64,000 nucleotides of DNA, from contig OZ024741.1 in the NCBI GenBank assembly GCA_964016885.1, positions 366,544,001 to 366,608,000 on the forward strand, read 5' to 3'. The DNA comes from Eledone cirrhosa. Taxonomy: Eukaryota. Below, one piece after another: positions 12,817-26,985 of this stretch; within the stretch, counting starts at the first letter, position 1, and each line of letters opens with the position of its first letter. Both the position numbers and the translations under genes were made by a program. The notes below the pieces were generated by a model. It was not told the DNA's origin. It made no database searches and saw only the letters and a program-made list of their open reading frames with translations.

Positions 12817-15800
12817 CTAACAGCGCTCCGATCGAATGTGGCTTTTTAGCCCAGCCAATGATCTAAAATGTCTTGCACAGAGTCGGCAACCAAAACATTC
12901 ACTGGGAATAGTCGGCTGTGGTTGGAGTTCGTGTACTTTTGCATGTCGCTTGAGCCCTCCCGCTGATTTACATTCTCTACCACATGTTTGGCAAGCATGA
13001 TGAGTAGCATCTCCAACAGCAGCCTGGTAGTCAACCACTGGTCTTACTTTATGACTGCGAAGATGACTTTCGAGTCCAGCTTTGATTAGGCAGAGTCTCG
13101 CACAGACGTTGCATGTCAGCACCATAGGAGGACCCTCGCCGTCGGGAAGTGCAACAGCAATGCCCTTCCTCACATCCCGCTTTACTTTCTCGTATGCGAT
13201 TCGAGATGCCTCAAAGGCAACTTTTCCCTCATATACAGTCTTTCTCCATTTATTACGATCAGCAGCAATATTTTCCCATGTATCAGCAGAGATGTTAGCG
13301 TCTTTCAGAGAGGCTTTCAAGGAATCCTTATACCTCTTTTTTGGTTTATGTGGCGGTCGTTTTCCTTTAACCAACTCTCCATAGTAGAGTTGTTTTGGTA
13401 TTCTAGAATCCTTCATCCTGGCAAGGTGACCACCCCAACGGAGTCGTTGCTTAAGCACAAGAGCTTCTATACTGTCACACATAGAGCTTTCCAAAATCTC
13501 GACATCACTGATGTGGTCCCTCCAGTGAACGCCATGGATCCGTCTGAGACACATCTGATGGAAACGCTCCAATTGCTTAAGGTGGTGTCGATATGTGACC
13601 CAGGTCTCGCAGGCATAAAGAAGAGAAGAGAGTACACATGCCCTGTACACCTTTACCTTTGTCCTCCTGCATATGTCTCGCCGACCCCAGAGTCGCCTTT
13701 CTAGCTTTCCGAAAGCATCACTTGCTTTCCTAATCCTAAGTGAGATTTCACTGTCAAGGTTGCTGTATCGATTGACAGTGCTTCCCAGGTAGACAAACTG
13801 ATCAACCACTCCAAGTCGTTTGCCATACACATAGATGTTTGGTTCAGTGTACTGCTTACTGGGGGCAGGTTAGTACATGACGACGGTTTTCTTGAGACTG
13901 ACAGTCAAACCCAGGGCAGTGCAAGCGTCAGAAAATGCATTCAAAATGTGCTGCATATCACTCTCTGTGTGCGCTACAAGATCGCAATCATCTGCATAGA
14001 AGAGGTCTCTTATGATTGATATAAATACTTTTGTCTTCGCAGCAAAGCGCCTGATGTTAAATATGCTGCCTGAGGTTCGATATCGGATGTAAATACCATG
14101 CTCGCAATTCCTGAACGCAATACAGAAAACCATTGCAAAGTATATGGCAAACAGGGTCGGTGCTGGAATATCCCCCTGTTTCACTCCATTTTTTACTGAG
14201 ATAGGCTCCGACATGTTACCTCCGACATTAACCCAAGCCTTCATGTCGTCATGGAAAGACCTAACTAAAGCAAGGAACTTATCAGGGCAACCAAGTTTCT
14301 GGAGAACCTTCCATAATGCATCTCTGTTGACAGTATCGAAAGCCTTTGTCAGATCGACAAAAACCTGATACAGATCCAAGCCTTGTTCAATGCACTTCTC
14401 CTGGAGCTGTCTAGCTGAGAAGATCATATCAGTAGTGCCGCGTCCAGCACGAAAACCAGATTGACTTTCAGGAAGAACACAATCTGCAATGTGTGTCAGC
14501 AGACGGTCCAGAAGCACGCTACATAAAACTTTCCCTACGACAGAAAGCAATGATCTACCTCTGTAGTTCCCACAATCATTCCTGTTACCCTTTCCCTTGT
14601 ACAAGACCACCATTACTGCATCTCTCCAGTCCTCAGGTACGGATTCATTAGCCCATATCCTTCCAAACAAAGAGTGCAGATGTTGCAGGAGTCTCTCACC
14701 ACCATATTGTAGGAGCTCAGCATGTATGCCATCCATACCTGGAGATCTTCCACTGTTCAGCTTCGAAATAGCCACTGCAACCTCCACAAGCGTCGGAGGT
14801 TCTGCGAGAGCTACTTTCACAGGACTTTCTGGAATGAGATTGAGGAAATCTTCACTGACGACAGACGGCTGATTCAAAAGATCATCAAAGTGCTCTCGCC
14901 ACCTTCGTAGAATTCCCTGTGAGTCACGAAGAAGTTCTTTGCCATCCATGCTGCGAAGCGGTGTCACCAGAGAAGAAGACGGTCCATAAACCTCACGCAA
15001 GAGACTGTACAACAGCTTTGTGTTATTGGAATCTGACGCAGTTTGTATCTCACCAGCCTTCTCACTCCACCACTGATCCTTCATCTGAGAAAGACTCCGC
15101 CTAACACGTGATTTTACATCCCTGAGTTCCTCATGCAACGTATTCCTCTCCTGTGGTTTTGCCGTCAAGTAGCGTGACAGAGCATGCCTCTTATCAGCCA
15201 ACAAGTCTTCTATATGTACATCATTCTCATTAAACCAGTCCTGATGTTTTCTCTGCACCAATCCCAGAACACGCCTGCCCACATCATAAACCGACTTTTT
15301 AAGGGTCGGCCAATCCTCACCAAGATCTGCAGCCTGCATCTCTTCTTCCAATGTCCTCTTCACATTTTTATCCTTAAGACGAGCAGCATTCAATCTTTTG
15401 GGCAGAGTAATACCAGGAGCCCGGATTTTACGTTTGGTGATTAGTTTCACTTTTGCGCGTACCAGGCGGTGGTCCGTCCAGCACTCAGCTCCACGAAGAA
15501 CACGAACACACTGCACATCCTGTCTGTCACGCATCCTGACTAGGACGTAGTCCAAAAGATGCCATTCCTTAGATGCAGGATGCATCCATGTGGTCTTGAA
15601 TTTGTTCTTTTGTTGGAACATGGTGTTGGTAACACACAGATCCAGCTCCTCACACATCTGCAGCAGGAGCATACCATTGCTGTTACACTTTCCCACCCCA
15701 TGCCTTCCGATTACATTCCATGTGTTAAAATCCCTACCCACTCTAGCATTAAAGTCACCAAGCACGATGACTTTGTCTGCCTGAGGGATATTTCTTAGAA

Positions 15801-16362
15801 CACCTTTCAAGGCATGGTAAAAGGACACTTTTTCTTCATCGACAGAATTCATAGTTGGAGCATACACACTCACCAGGGTAGCATATCTTCCTTTGTCCAG
15901 CGGAACTCTCATGGACATAAGACGCTCACTAATCCCTACTGGGAATTCTTCTAATTTATTCACAAGTACAGTCTTAACAGCAAATCCTACCCCAGCCTCT
16001 CTTCTGGTTCCTTCATCTCTCCCTTTCCAGAAGAATGTATATTCTCCACAAAATTCCGTAAGATGACCATCTCCAGCTAACCTCGTCTCAGATAAAGCCA
16101 CGATGTCAAGATCGTAACGTCGAAGCTCCTTTGCAACAAGAGCGGTCCTTCGTTCAGGACGCTCCAAGGAATCCCTGTCAAGCAGCGTCCGTACGTTCCA
16201 GCAGCCAAGACTAAATGCCTTGTTTGGCTCTATTACAATGGTACGATGACGAGCGGGCCCAGGCTGTGATAACTTGGGGCCCCTGCCCTTATTGCCAATG
16301 ATCTTTTTTGTTCCAGAACCTAAATTGCCAATTATCTCTTTTACATTGTTCTGGAACATCAT
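12817..16362 (-). pseudogene. RTE ORF: APE endonuclease, reverse transcriptase and 3 C2H2 zinc fingers, with one in-frame nonsense codon at 13870-13872
   Basis: WNVRTL, ALSETR, GDFNARVG and TDH endonuclease motifs; QSGFR, FVDLTKAFD, GVKQG and YADD RT motifs. The 830-aa and 337-aa ORFs are in frame, and TAA replaces the CAA (Gln) seen in the sister copy (VVMYQPAP). Confidence 0.93.
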
Positions 16363-17357
16363 TGAATTGGGGAAAAAAAAAAAAAAAAAAAAAGTAATAA
16401 TAATAGTAATAATAATAATAATAATAGTACACTGTTAATAATTATTAATGCACTCGTGCAATGCCTGTGCGTGACGAATATTTTTAAAGTGAGGAAAGAC
16501 TGTGCACTGAGCCAATCCCCACTCTCTGAGCGACAGTAGCTATAACCCGAAAAGAAGAAAAGATCAACATCATCGGTAACTACTGAGCCGCAGGTTTTAT
16601 ATCGGAGTTAACCCAGTTTCCTGAGATGCCTTCTCCTAGAAGAATGCCCTGACAAGGGCTAGGGGTCCTTCACTCCCAGTGGTTTAACTGCGCGATCGGG
16701 CATCCAGCCCGATTATTTCTATATCCCCGCGCAAAAAAAAAAAAAAAAAAAAACTCACTTATTGACACTTATACGTACGACATACACACACACGCATACA
16801 TATGCGCGCACACAGCAACACATACATACAAACAAACACACACACGCTACTCTACTCACTTACACACACATACATACATACATACATACATACATACATA
16901 CATACATACATACATACATACATACATACATACATACATACATACATACATACGTACGTACGTATGTACATAAGTATGTTGTTTAGTTTCTCATAGCTGA
17001 GCGGAGTAACGTATATAATATGTATGAATATATGCTTGTATCCGGCTGTCTGTGTATTTGTGAGTAAGCACATACAAGCATATACATACATATATTTACA
17101 TTTATATAGTCATTTCCATAAATGTGTGACTATCTATATATATGTGTGTGTTTGTTTGTGTGTTTGAGTGCGTGTGTGTTTGTGTGTGTGTGTGTTTGAG
17201 TGTGTGTGTCTGTAAATAAAATTATCCATTTGTATGTGACATTGTTCTGGCAGAAACAATCTATTCTGTATGGAAAATGTTTTGATTTATGTATTCTTAA
17301 ACTCATATACTTTTAAATAATGCAGCACAATCTTTTAATTTAAGGTTGTATATTTGT

Positions 17358-17495
<138 letters not shown>

Positions 17496-17583
17496 GAAAA
17501 ATTGAACAGGGACAGAACAGAGAGGCAGTACGATAAATGTTTATTAAATTCACGCTTAGGAGAGTGGGGGGTAGGTGATATAT

Positions 17584-17780
17584 ATATTGTTATACTTGGG
17601 GAGGGTCATATTTGTGTAATATTGCCAGAATTAATAACAGAACATACTCACTGTTTGGTTGGTTTTCGCTTTTCGCTTCTGTGTCTTTTATATCGGTTAT
17701 TAATTATTCTGTGTCTTTTATATCTGTTATTAATTCTGGCAATATTACACAAATATGACCCTCCCCAAGTATAACAATAT
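17584..17780. repeat. About 57-bp perfect inverted repeat in a (TA)n-flanked segment (17493-17828)
   Basis: atattgttatacttggggagggtcatatttgtgtaatattgccagaattaataacaga and its reverse complement at about 17723-17780. Confidence 0.75.
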
Positions 17781-17859
17781 TTGTTTCGACACACGATTTC
17801 ATATCAAAAACCTCGCAAAACTAATAATATATATATATATATATGTGTGTGTATATATA

Positions 17860-17889
<30 letters not shown>

Positions 17890-17894
<5 letters not shown>

Positions 17895-18095
17895 AAGGAA
17901 TTGTGGTAAGGAACCAGATGGAACAAAATGCACCAGAGTACTCAATACTTAGGGTAGTAGAATGGGAAATAGGAAAAAGTATGACCCCGACGGCAGAGTT
18001 CAAGCCGTCTCGACGGCTATTTCAGGACTACTGTAGTCCAGAAATAGTCCGCGAAACGGCTTTAGTTCTGCCGTCGGGGTCATACTTTTTCCTAT
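17890..18095. mobile_element. Fold-back element family C
   Basis: Inverted arms about 17969-18030 / 18034-18095 with a left extension; (TA)n flanks. Confidence 0.75.
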
Positions 18096-18385
18096 ATATA
18101 TATATATATATATAGCGATAAACATTGATGCAATTCAATTCAAGCACTCAACGTACTTTTTCCACGTAGGGATGACGTAGTATATTTAGAAAAAGAAAAT
18201 GTGAAGGGAACGGGTGAAGGCTTCAAGAACATCACCTTTGTCCGTTCCCTTGTCTTTTCAGTTTGGATTGACTCGGGAACGTAACCTTATTATGTAAGAA
18301 GTTGTCTGATGAGAGCATGGCACTGGGTACACGGAATTTCGTGGCCAAAAGGATTTTAATACCTGAATTTACTTCGCATTTTCTT

Positions 18386-18480
<95 letters not shown>

Positions 18481-18722
18481 GGACCATGTCTCGAGCTACC
18501 TGCCGGCAAAACAATTGTAACACGCAATATATATATATATATATATATATATACAAGGACCATGTCTCGAGCTACCTGCCGGCAAAACAATTGTAACACG
18601 CAATAAATTAAGTCCAGATGCATCACTGATTTTTCGTTTTTTTTATACTATCCACACTCTACTCTGCTGAATATTGAGTGCTAATTTTGGCATACCGCCT
18701 ATGGAAGCACCATAGCTACCTT
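18481..18722 (+). mobile_element. Two fragments of the 1538-1780 family separated by (TA)n
   Basis: ggaccatgtctcgagctacctgccggcaaaacaattgtaacacgcaat occurs twice; the second continues to ...gcaccatagctacc(TA)n. Confidence 0.75.
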
Positions 18723-18798
18723 ATATATATATATATATATATATACAAAGATAGAGCGAGATAGATAGAGAGAGAGAGAGAGTGAGAGAGAGAGATAG

Positions 18799-18841
<43 letters not shown>

Positions 18842-19344
18842 GAGAGAGAGAGAGGGAGAGAGAGAGAGAGAGAGACATACGCGCACATAAACATCACAAC
18901 GTACGTCGCAATGAACGCCTTCACATAGAAAAAAACATAACCGTTTCTACTGTAGGCACAAGGCCAGCAATTTGAAGGAGAGGGGAAAAGTCGATTAAAT
19001 CGACCCCACTAATTACTGGAACTTTATTCTATCGACCCTGCACAGAAGAAACCATAACATTAATTCAATCTACCCGAAATAACCTGTAACCCAACCTGTG
19101 ATTACATTTGTAGCTGTGTCTGTATTTATGTGCCGTAAAATAACGTTTGGAAAAGAAAATGAGATCGCTAAAATTAGTATTATCAGACTTGAAAATGTTT
19201 ACTGGTTTTAATCGTATCGACTAAAATATTCCTTGGTAATGAAATACATTAATTTACTATCAAATATCATATTTTATATATGTTTTCCAAAAGTGATTTT
19301 AAATATGTTTTACTATATATTTTTTCTGGCATTATTAGGACGAC

Positions 19345-19555
19345 ATATAGTCGATCGACTTTCGTCAAATCGGACCGAAGAAACCGGACCGTTAGTCTTT
19401 CCAATTACTAATACTATCTATCGGTCGCAACTCCAGGTAGAAGGAGCAACGTGAAATAAAGTGTCTTGCTCAAGGACATAACGCATCACCCGGTCCAGGA
19501 ATAGAACTTACAACCTCACGATTGCGAATCCAATTCTCTAACCTCTCAGCCACAC
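19345..19555 (-). mobile_element. CORE-type tRNA SINE (same subfamily as 29370-29580)
   Basis: gtgaaataaagtgtcttgctcaaggac CORE and the shared tail gtcgatcgactttcgtcaaatcg.accga.gaaac. Confidence 0.8.
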
Positions 19556-20200
19556 GATTTATCAAAAAACTTGCAAAACATCGCCAATTTTAAATATGTT
19601 AATTTCAATTTCCAATTTTTACTATGACTTGTAAGGATATCTCTGAAACTATCAAGATTGAATTTAACAAATCAATTAGACCTGTTAAAAAATAACAGCT
19701 TTTTCAGATACTGTTTCTGTATGCACACACTTCATGCAGAGAGCTCCTCTCGGCACTTTTTTATTTTTATTTTCTTGTCTTTATTATACCATATTTATCA
19801 AGTCAACTTACAAAGTGAATATACTCCGCTGAAGAGATCAAATCAGATCAAAACATGACCGTTGCTTTCACCAAGCTGGTTTATAAACAGATTCCACTCC
19901 CACAGCTTTGCCCGAAAAAGGGTTAAATTAGCCTAGGCCAGAGAAATTATCTCCCTTACTTTGATTCATGGTTTAACCCCCGTAAAGGGAGTTTCGATTG
20001 TGAAATTGTGAGTACAGTCTGGGATGAATAGACCTGCCTCTTCACTCGTCATATTCAGGCATCGAGTCTTTATTTGGATGTATGCACTGCATCAGAACAC
20101 TTAGTGTGTATATCATACCATATAAATAGGTTATTTAAAAATTCCAGCGCTTCGGAAATAATTTCGACACCTTCTTCTCATTATATATATATATAAATGA

Positions 20201-20385
20201 GCGGTGGATTGGCAGTATCGGTAGAGGGTCGGACGCCATGCTTTGAAGCATAGAGTTACGCCCCTTTACGGTCTGAGTTCAAATCGTGCCGAGGTTAACT
20301 TTGCCTTTCATCCTTATGGGTCTATAAAATAAAGTACCAGTAATACACTGAGATAATTGCCTTGTGCCAAAAGTAGAAACAATTA
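20201..20385 (+). mobile_element. Meta-domain tRNA SINE (young subfamily)
   Basis: gcggtggattggcagtatcggtagagggtcggacgccatgc...gagttcaaatc...gcctttcatccttatggg...gtgccaaaagtagaaacaatta. Confidence 0.85.
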
Positions 20386-20413
20386 GATACATATAAATAT
20401 ATATATGTGAATA

Positions 20414-20460
<47 letters not shown>

Positions 20461-20887
20461 GCACGGGGCGGGGTGTATAGGTATGTATGTATCTATGTAT
20501 CTGGATATAATAATTAACTATGTGTATTTATTTCTCGTCACTATCAGATATAGTTTTAAAGTATAGGAGGTTGGAAAAACACAAATAGATAGAAAGTGAG
20601 AGAGTGAGTGGGTGAGTGAGAGAGTGAGCGGGTGAGTGAGAGAGTGAGCGGGTGAGTCAGAGAGTGAGCAGGTGAGTGAGAGAGTGAGTGGGTGAGCGAG
20701 AGAGAGAGTGGGTGAGCGAGAGAGTGAGTGAGTGAGAGAGTGAGTGGGTGATGTAGAATTAAAATTCACTCTTTTTCATTTTTAAAATACATATATTTAC
20801 AATGAACACTGATCTTGCTTTGTTTACAATGATTACATTTGAATATATACCACGTAATATAGTGCATTTGTATATATATGTGTGTGT

Positions 20888-20932
<45 letters not shown>

Positions 20933-21128
20933 GGGGGGGGGGGTGCATGTGTGTGTGTGTGTGTGTGTGTGTGTGATTATATCTGCATCTATACAGATAT
21001 AACTTCATCACATACTTCACCTGGTTAACGCACAACTTAATATATATATATATTAAGAGTCTATATGTATATGTTACATATAAATATGTGTGCATATATA
21101 TATATATATACATACATACGTATACAAT

Positions 21129-21167
<39 letters not shown>

Positions 21168-21654
21168 AAATTTCCTCGGTTTTCTGTAGGCAACGTAATT
21201 TTCTATACATAGAATTTAATTTGAAACAACACAGAAATACTATATCTGTCATAATACCGATATTAAACCAACATAGTGTATGAAATGTTGATGCTTCGAT
21301 TAATAGTTACGTCACTTAAACTCACATCGGATCTTGTCTGCCTGTGGTGATGAAATCAGAACACAAATATAGCAGAAATAATTGATCAACAGAGAGAAAT
21401 AGCTGACTAAGCATTTCATTATTAACGATAGAAAATATCTCCTACTATGTTTGATAGATTATAACTTTACGTATTATCTAAGAATATTTAACAGTTAAAA
21501 ACTATTTAGTCTAAAGATTGATAAATAAATAACGAAATGGAATGCACCTCCGTCGCTTTCGACGGTTAGTGATTCAGTCGTTCGGTGAACGGAACAGCCT
21601 GCTTCGTGAAATTAACGTGTAAGTGGCAGAGCGTCGTATATATACGTGTACACG

Positions 21655-23195
21655 TGGTGGATTGGCAGTATCAGTAGAGAGTCGGCAGTATCAGTAGAGA
21701 GTCGGACACCAGGCTTTGCAGCATAGTTAGGGCCCTTTACGGTCTGAATTCAAATCCCGCCGAGGTTAACTTTACCTTTCATCCTTATGGGATCGATAAA
21801 ATAAAGTACCAGTAATGTACTGGATAATTGCTGGCCTTGTGCCAAAGGTAGAAACAATTATTTTGGCTGTATCAGTAGAGGGTCGGACGCCATGCTTTGC
21901 AGCATAGAATTACGTCCCTTTACGGTCTGAGTTCAAATCCTGCCGAGGTTAACTTTACCTTTCATCCTTACGGGGTCGATAAAATAAAGTACCTGTAATG
22001 CACTGGGATAATTGCTGACCTTGTGCCAAAAATAGAAACAATTATTTTAAGGGAGATGCAGTGTGACCCAGTTTGTGACAAAGTTAGCTCTTTGAATCAC
22101 AGGCACAGTTCATTCGATGGGCATCCAAACACTTTCTGTCTACACAATTCCATGATTGCAAAGTAAGCTTCTGAACCACTTAGTAATAATCTTTTCTGAT
22201 TTACGCACAAGGTCAACAATTTTGGGGAATGGAAATGCAATTAAATCGACCCCAGTGCGTTACTGGTACTTTATTTTATCAACCCCGTAAAGATGAAAGG
22301 CAAAGCTAACCTCGGTGGAATTTGAACTCAGAACCTAAAGGGCTGTAACTCTATGCCGCATATCATATTGTCCGAAGCTTGACTGATATTGCCAATCCAC
22401 TAATAATAATGATTTCTAGTATAAGCACGAGGCCAGTAAATTGAATGGGAGGGAAAAGTCGATTAAATCGACCCCAATGCGTTACTGGTACTTTATTTTA
22501 TTGGCCTCGTAAGGATGAAACGCAAAGCTAACCTCGGTGGGATTTGAACTCAGAATGTAAAGGGCCGTAACTCTATGTCGCAAAGCATGTTATCTGTTGC
22601 TCTACCGACACTGCCAATCCGCCACCCTTGTTTTTACTTTTGGTACAAGACCAACAATTACCCAGAGCATTACTGGTGCTTTATTTTATCTTTCCCGTAA
22701 TGATGAAAACCTCGATGGAATTTGAACTCAAAACGTAAAGGGCCATAACTTTGTGCTGCAAAGCACGTTGTCCAACGCTCTACCGATTTTGCCAATCCAC
22801 CGCTCTAAGTAATAATTGTTTCTACTTTTGGCACAAAGCCAGCAATTACCCAGTGCATTACTGGTACTTTATTTTATCGACCCCGTAAGGATGAAAGGCA
22901 AAGTTACCTCGGTGGGATTTGAACTCAGAATGGCAAGGGCCGTAACTCTATGTGTCAAAGCATGGCGTCCGACTCTCTACCGATACTGCCAATCCACAAG
23001 TAATAATAAATGGCAAAGAGCCCAAAACGTATTATTTGTCATTATTGTATGCGTCTTTGTTCAAATCTTGACGGACTGAGTTCAAATCCCGCCGAGGTTA
23101 ACTTTGCCTTTCATCCTTACGGGGTCGATAAAATAAAGTACCAGTAATGCACTGGTTAATTGCTGGCCTTGTGCCAAAAGTAGAAATAATTATTG
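21655..23195. mobile_element. Cluster of about seven Meta-domain SINEs (two +, four -, one +)
   Basis: Copies at about 21655, 21864 (+); 22190, 22410, 22630, 22812 (-); 23070 (+). Confidence 0.85.
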
Positions 23196-23936
23196 TATGC
23201 GTCTTTGTAAGATATATTGATATAAAAACTTGTGGTGAAACATATTGTTATATCTGTGAGGTGTCATGCTGCCAAGTATAACACCTGCGGTAGTTGTAAC
23301 TTGCTTGTTTGGTTTTTACAATTAAGTAATTAGTTAATTAATCAATTAATTGTCGTCTTGATGATCCTGTTATTGTTTTAGTATTGATTTTTTTTTTTTT
23401 TTTTTGCCAGAATCTTTCTCCACACTTCTTTGACCTTTTCACTGACTTTCCACGCTTGCACTTTCTATATATATACATTCTTTGTTACATGTAATTGTGT
23501 ATTGTTTTTGTTTTGTTTTGTGTTGTTCTGCTAGCTATTGATATATATTTAGTTTACATATACCGTGTTAGTTGTATTTCGTTTATGTGCCTATAGTAGA
23601 AATCATTATCAGTAATTAGCTAATTAATTAATGGGTTTATCAGATTCATATTCTATCATAATACTGCTGTGTCCTTTTTAAAGTAACAGAGAGAAATAGC
23701 TGACTATGCATTTCATCACTATAATAGAAAGTATCTCTGGGCATTTTCTATGATTTTATGTATTAGCATCTAAGAATATTTAACAGTTAGAAACTATGTA
23801 GTTTAAAAGTTGAAAATGACTCGCTGTTCCTATAACGCATAAGGGCGGCGTAAGGGCGTTGTTGTGACATACTAAACACGGCCAATTTCTTCCAGAGAGA
23901 GAGGGGGCTAGGGAGATCGAAGGAATCGACCCAAAA

Positions 23937-23967
<31 letters not shown>

Positions 23968-24115
23968 CTTCTTCTTCTTCTTGAGAGTCCTCAAACAATC
24001 CATCCGTCGGGTCCTGCCAGAAGAAACTGTCTCCAACTGATCCCTAAGCGTGACCAGCCAAGCTCATGGATGTTATTCAACTATCTTGCTCGGGGTTTAC
24101 CCCTGGGTCTCTTAT
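23937..24115 (-). mobile_element. 3' end of an RTE-like LINE with (GAA)n tail
   Basis: The reverse complement encodes KRPRGKPRAR*LNNI.., like the RTE C-terminal RPRGRPxxRW motif, followed by (GAA)n. Confidence 0.55.
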
Positions 24116-24451
24116 GAAAGATGAAATTGGCCTTGATGGATTTCGATCTCGGGCCACAAAATGCCGGAATGAATACCTCGAATCAGTCTATCTGACACCC
24201 TAACAGCTCTGTCAATTCACTGGCATAATGTGTAATACCGAGTAATGTAAACACCTTGCCAAATAATAGCAAATGATCTCATAAATCACGGGAATTACAT
24301 TTGTTTGCTTATAAGATATGATGCTGTCGATTGTGTTGTATATCAATAGTTATTGTCTATATGCACACATGTATTCATGCATATATACACATGTAAAGAG
24401 ATGTGCGTACATATATGTACACACACATAAACACAGACTCGCATACACACG

Positions 24452-24494
<43 letters not shown>

Positions 24495-24503
24495 TCACCT
24501 ACC

Positions 24504-24544
<41 letters not shown>

Positions 24545-24649
24545 TTTTCCAAAAGATGTCAGCATGAAGGGACCTGTTATTGTTATCTACAGACATTCTT
24601 TCCAATTCCAACCCGCCCGTCCCTTCACTTTATCTTATTTCTCATTATT

Positions 24650-24685
24650 TCTTCTGATGAAGGACTAGCGTCCGAAACGTCAAGA
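24650..24685 (+). ncRNA. Minimal type-I hammerhead ribozyme (family F), canonical PLE-type
   Basis: tctt CTGATGA a ggac-tagc-gtcc GAAA cg TC aaga: perfect stems I and II with palindromic ACGU stem III. The host segment 24541-24740 is (TA)n-flanked. Confidence 0.85.
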
Positions 24686-24888
24686 CCCTTTTCCTGCTAT
24701 TTCAAATATTAACATAATATATTCCTTTCATATATTGTATACATATATATATATATATCATGTGCCTTTCTAAACGATGGTAGACGGTAATCGCAAATGA
24801 TAATTATTTTCACTGTGTTTTACTAATGTTAAAAAACGTCAATGTCAATAACAATTTGAAATACGGTGAAAATGTTCTACCCAACCTA

Positions 24889-25590
<702 letters not shown>

Positions 25591-26119
25591 TACTCATGTA
25601 TTCATGCATATAAACACATGTAAAGAGATGTGCGTACATATATGTCCACACACATACTCGAAATCGATTTGCAGGCATCATGTATGTATGTATGTATGTA
25701 TGTATTTATGTATGTATGCAAACATGTACATATGTTTATGAATGCGAGTTTATGTATTTGTATGATAACAAAAATTTGAAACTGAATTTCCATAGTGGAT
25801 GGTATATTTGGCTAATATTTAACTTCGCTACGATATTTACGTAAGTAATATATTTTATAAAATTTAATTATCTAAAATGCAATATATGCCTCGTATAACT
25901 CTCTTATATTAATAATATACTTCGATCTACATATATTTCCTTAATTTAAACGTTCTTAAATTTGTAAAGTACATGAAGAAATTTTTTAATTCTTTAGAAG
26001 CAATATATTAAGATAATCACTCTGTAGACTTGCATTCTTTATTATATGAGCTAATAAAAACTATAAATAAAACACCAAATTAATGATTGTTTGATAAAGC
26101 GAGGAGAACATTTGAATTT

Positions 26120-26360
26120 TGAAAATGTGTTAGTTTATTGTAAGATGCTACAACGCAGGTTTAACTATATAATAGTTTAAGTTGGGTGCATAAACCACTA
26201 GAAATGGAAAGAGAGGACAGAATCGTCTTCGGGAATGTAACTCGGATCTGCCGTATGCTGGCTTGCTGCGATGGTGTCTGCCTATCTCATCACAACTTGT
26301 TCAACTATTTTATAGTTAAACCTGCGTTGTAGCAGCTTACAATAGGCTGACATACTTTCA
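26120..26360. repeat. Imperfect inverted repeat (MITE-like or fold-back element)
   Basis: tattgtaagatgctacaacgcaggtttaactata / tatagttaaacctgcgttgtagcagcttacaata. Confidence 0.6.
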
Positions 26361-26661
26361 CAGTAACAAATTCATACTTATTCCCATTGTATATTATATG
26401 AGCTTATAGAAATATATTAATAAAAGATTAAATTAATATCTATTTCTTGTGTTTAATTTAAATATCCATTTTTGCTGACAAAACTTTTTACTTCAAAATG
26501 GAAATTGAAATAAATTTCTTCTTTGTTTCTAATCTTATGTTAGTGGGTTGTAAATTGTTGAGTTTTGTTGACTGGGTGCCGTGAACCCTGTTTTAAAAAA
26601 GCCTCAGCGTTGTATTATTCTATGTGCCATTTAGTTATGCTTTTATTATTAGACTATCTAA

Positions 26662-26885
26662 AGGGCGGTGGATTGGCAGTATCGGTAGGGAGCCGGACGC
26701 CATGCTTTGTAGCATAGAATTACTGCCCTTTATGATCTGAGTTCAAATCCCTCCGAGGTTAACCTTGCCTTTCATCCTTACCGGATCGATAAAATAAAGC
26801 ACCAGTAACGTACTGCGGTCGATTTAATCGACTTTCCCCTCCTCTCAAATCGTTAGCCTTGTGCCTATACTAGAAATCACTATTA
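26662..26885 (+). mobile_element. Meta-domain tRNA SINE
   Basis: Full head (gggcggtggattggcagtatcgg), B box and Meta domain. Confidence 0.85.
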
Positions 26886-26950
26886 GACCATCTACAATCT
26901 GATGCTATAACATTTAATCAGTTCCAACTACTTCTTATCACTTATTGACA

Positions 26951-26985
<35 letters not shown>

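Larger units (their letters stand above)
12014..16730 (-). mobile_element. Full-length or near-full-length RTE-clade LINE
   Basis: 5' UTR about 16363-16700, single long ORF, microsatellite-rich 3' UTR, terminal hairpin at about 12093-12132 and (ATGT)n tail at 12014-12092. Confidence 0.92.

Noticed and set aside
13870-13872. Programmed readthrough or two-ORF organisation of the RTE
   Set aside because: The sister copy has CAA here, so a simple C>T nonsense change or a sequencing error explains it.
18306-18380. CTGATGA in a (TA)n-flanked segment as a hammerhead
   Set aside because: No stem II closing onto GAAA, stem III and UH was found.
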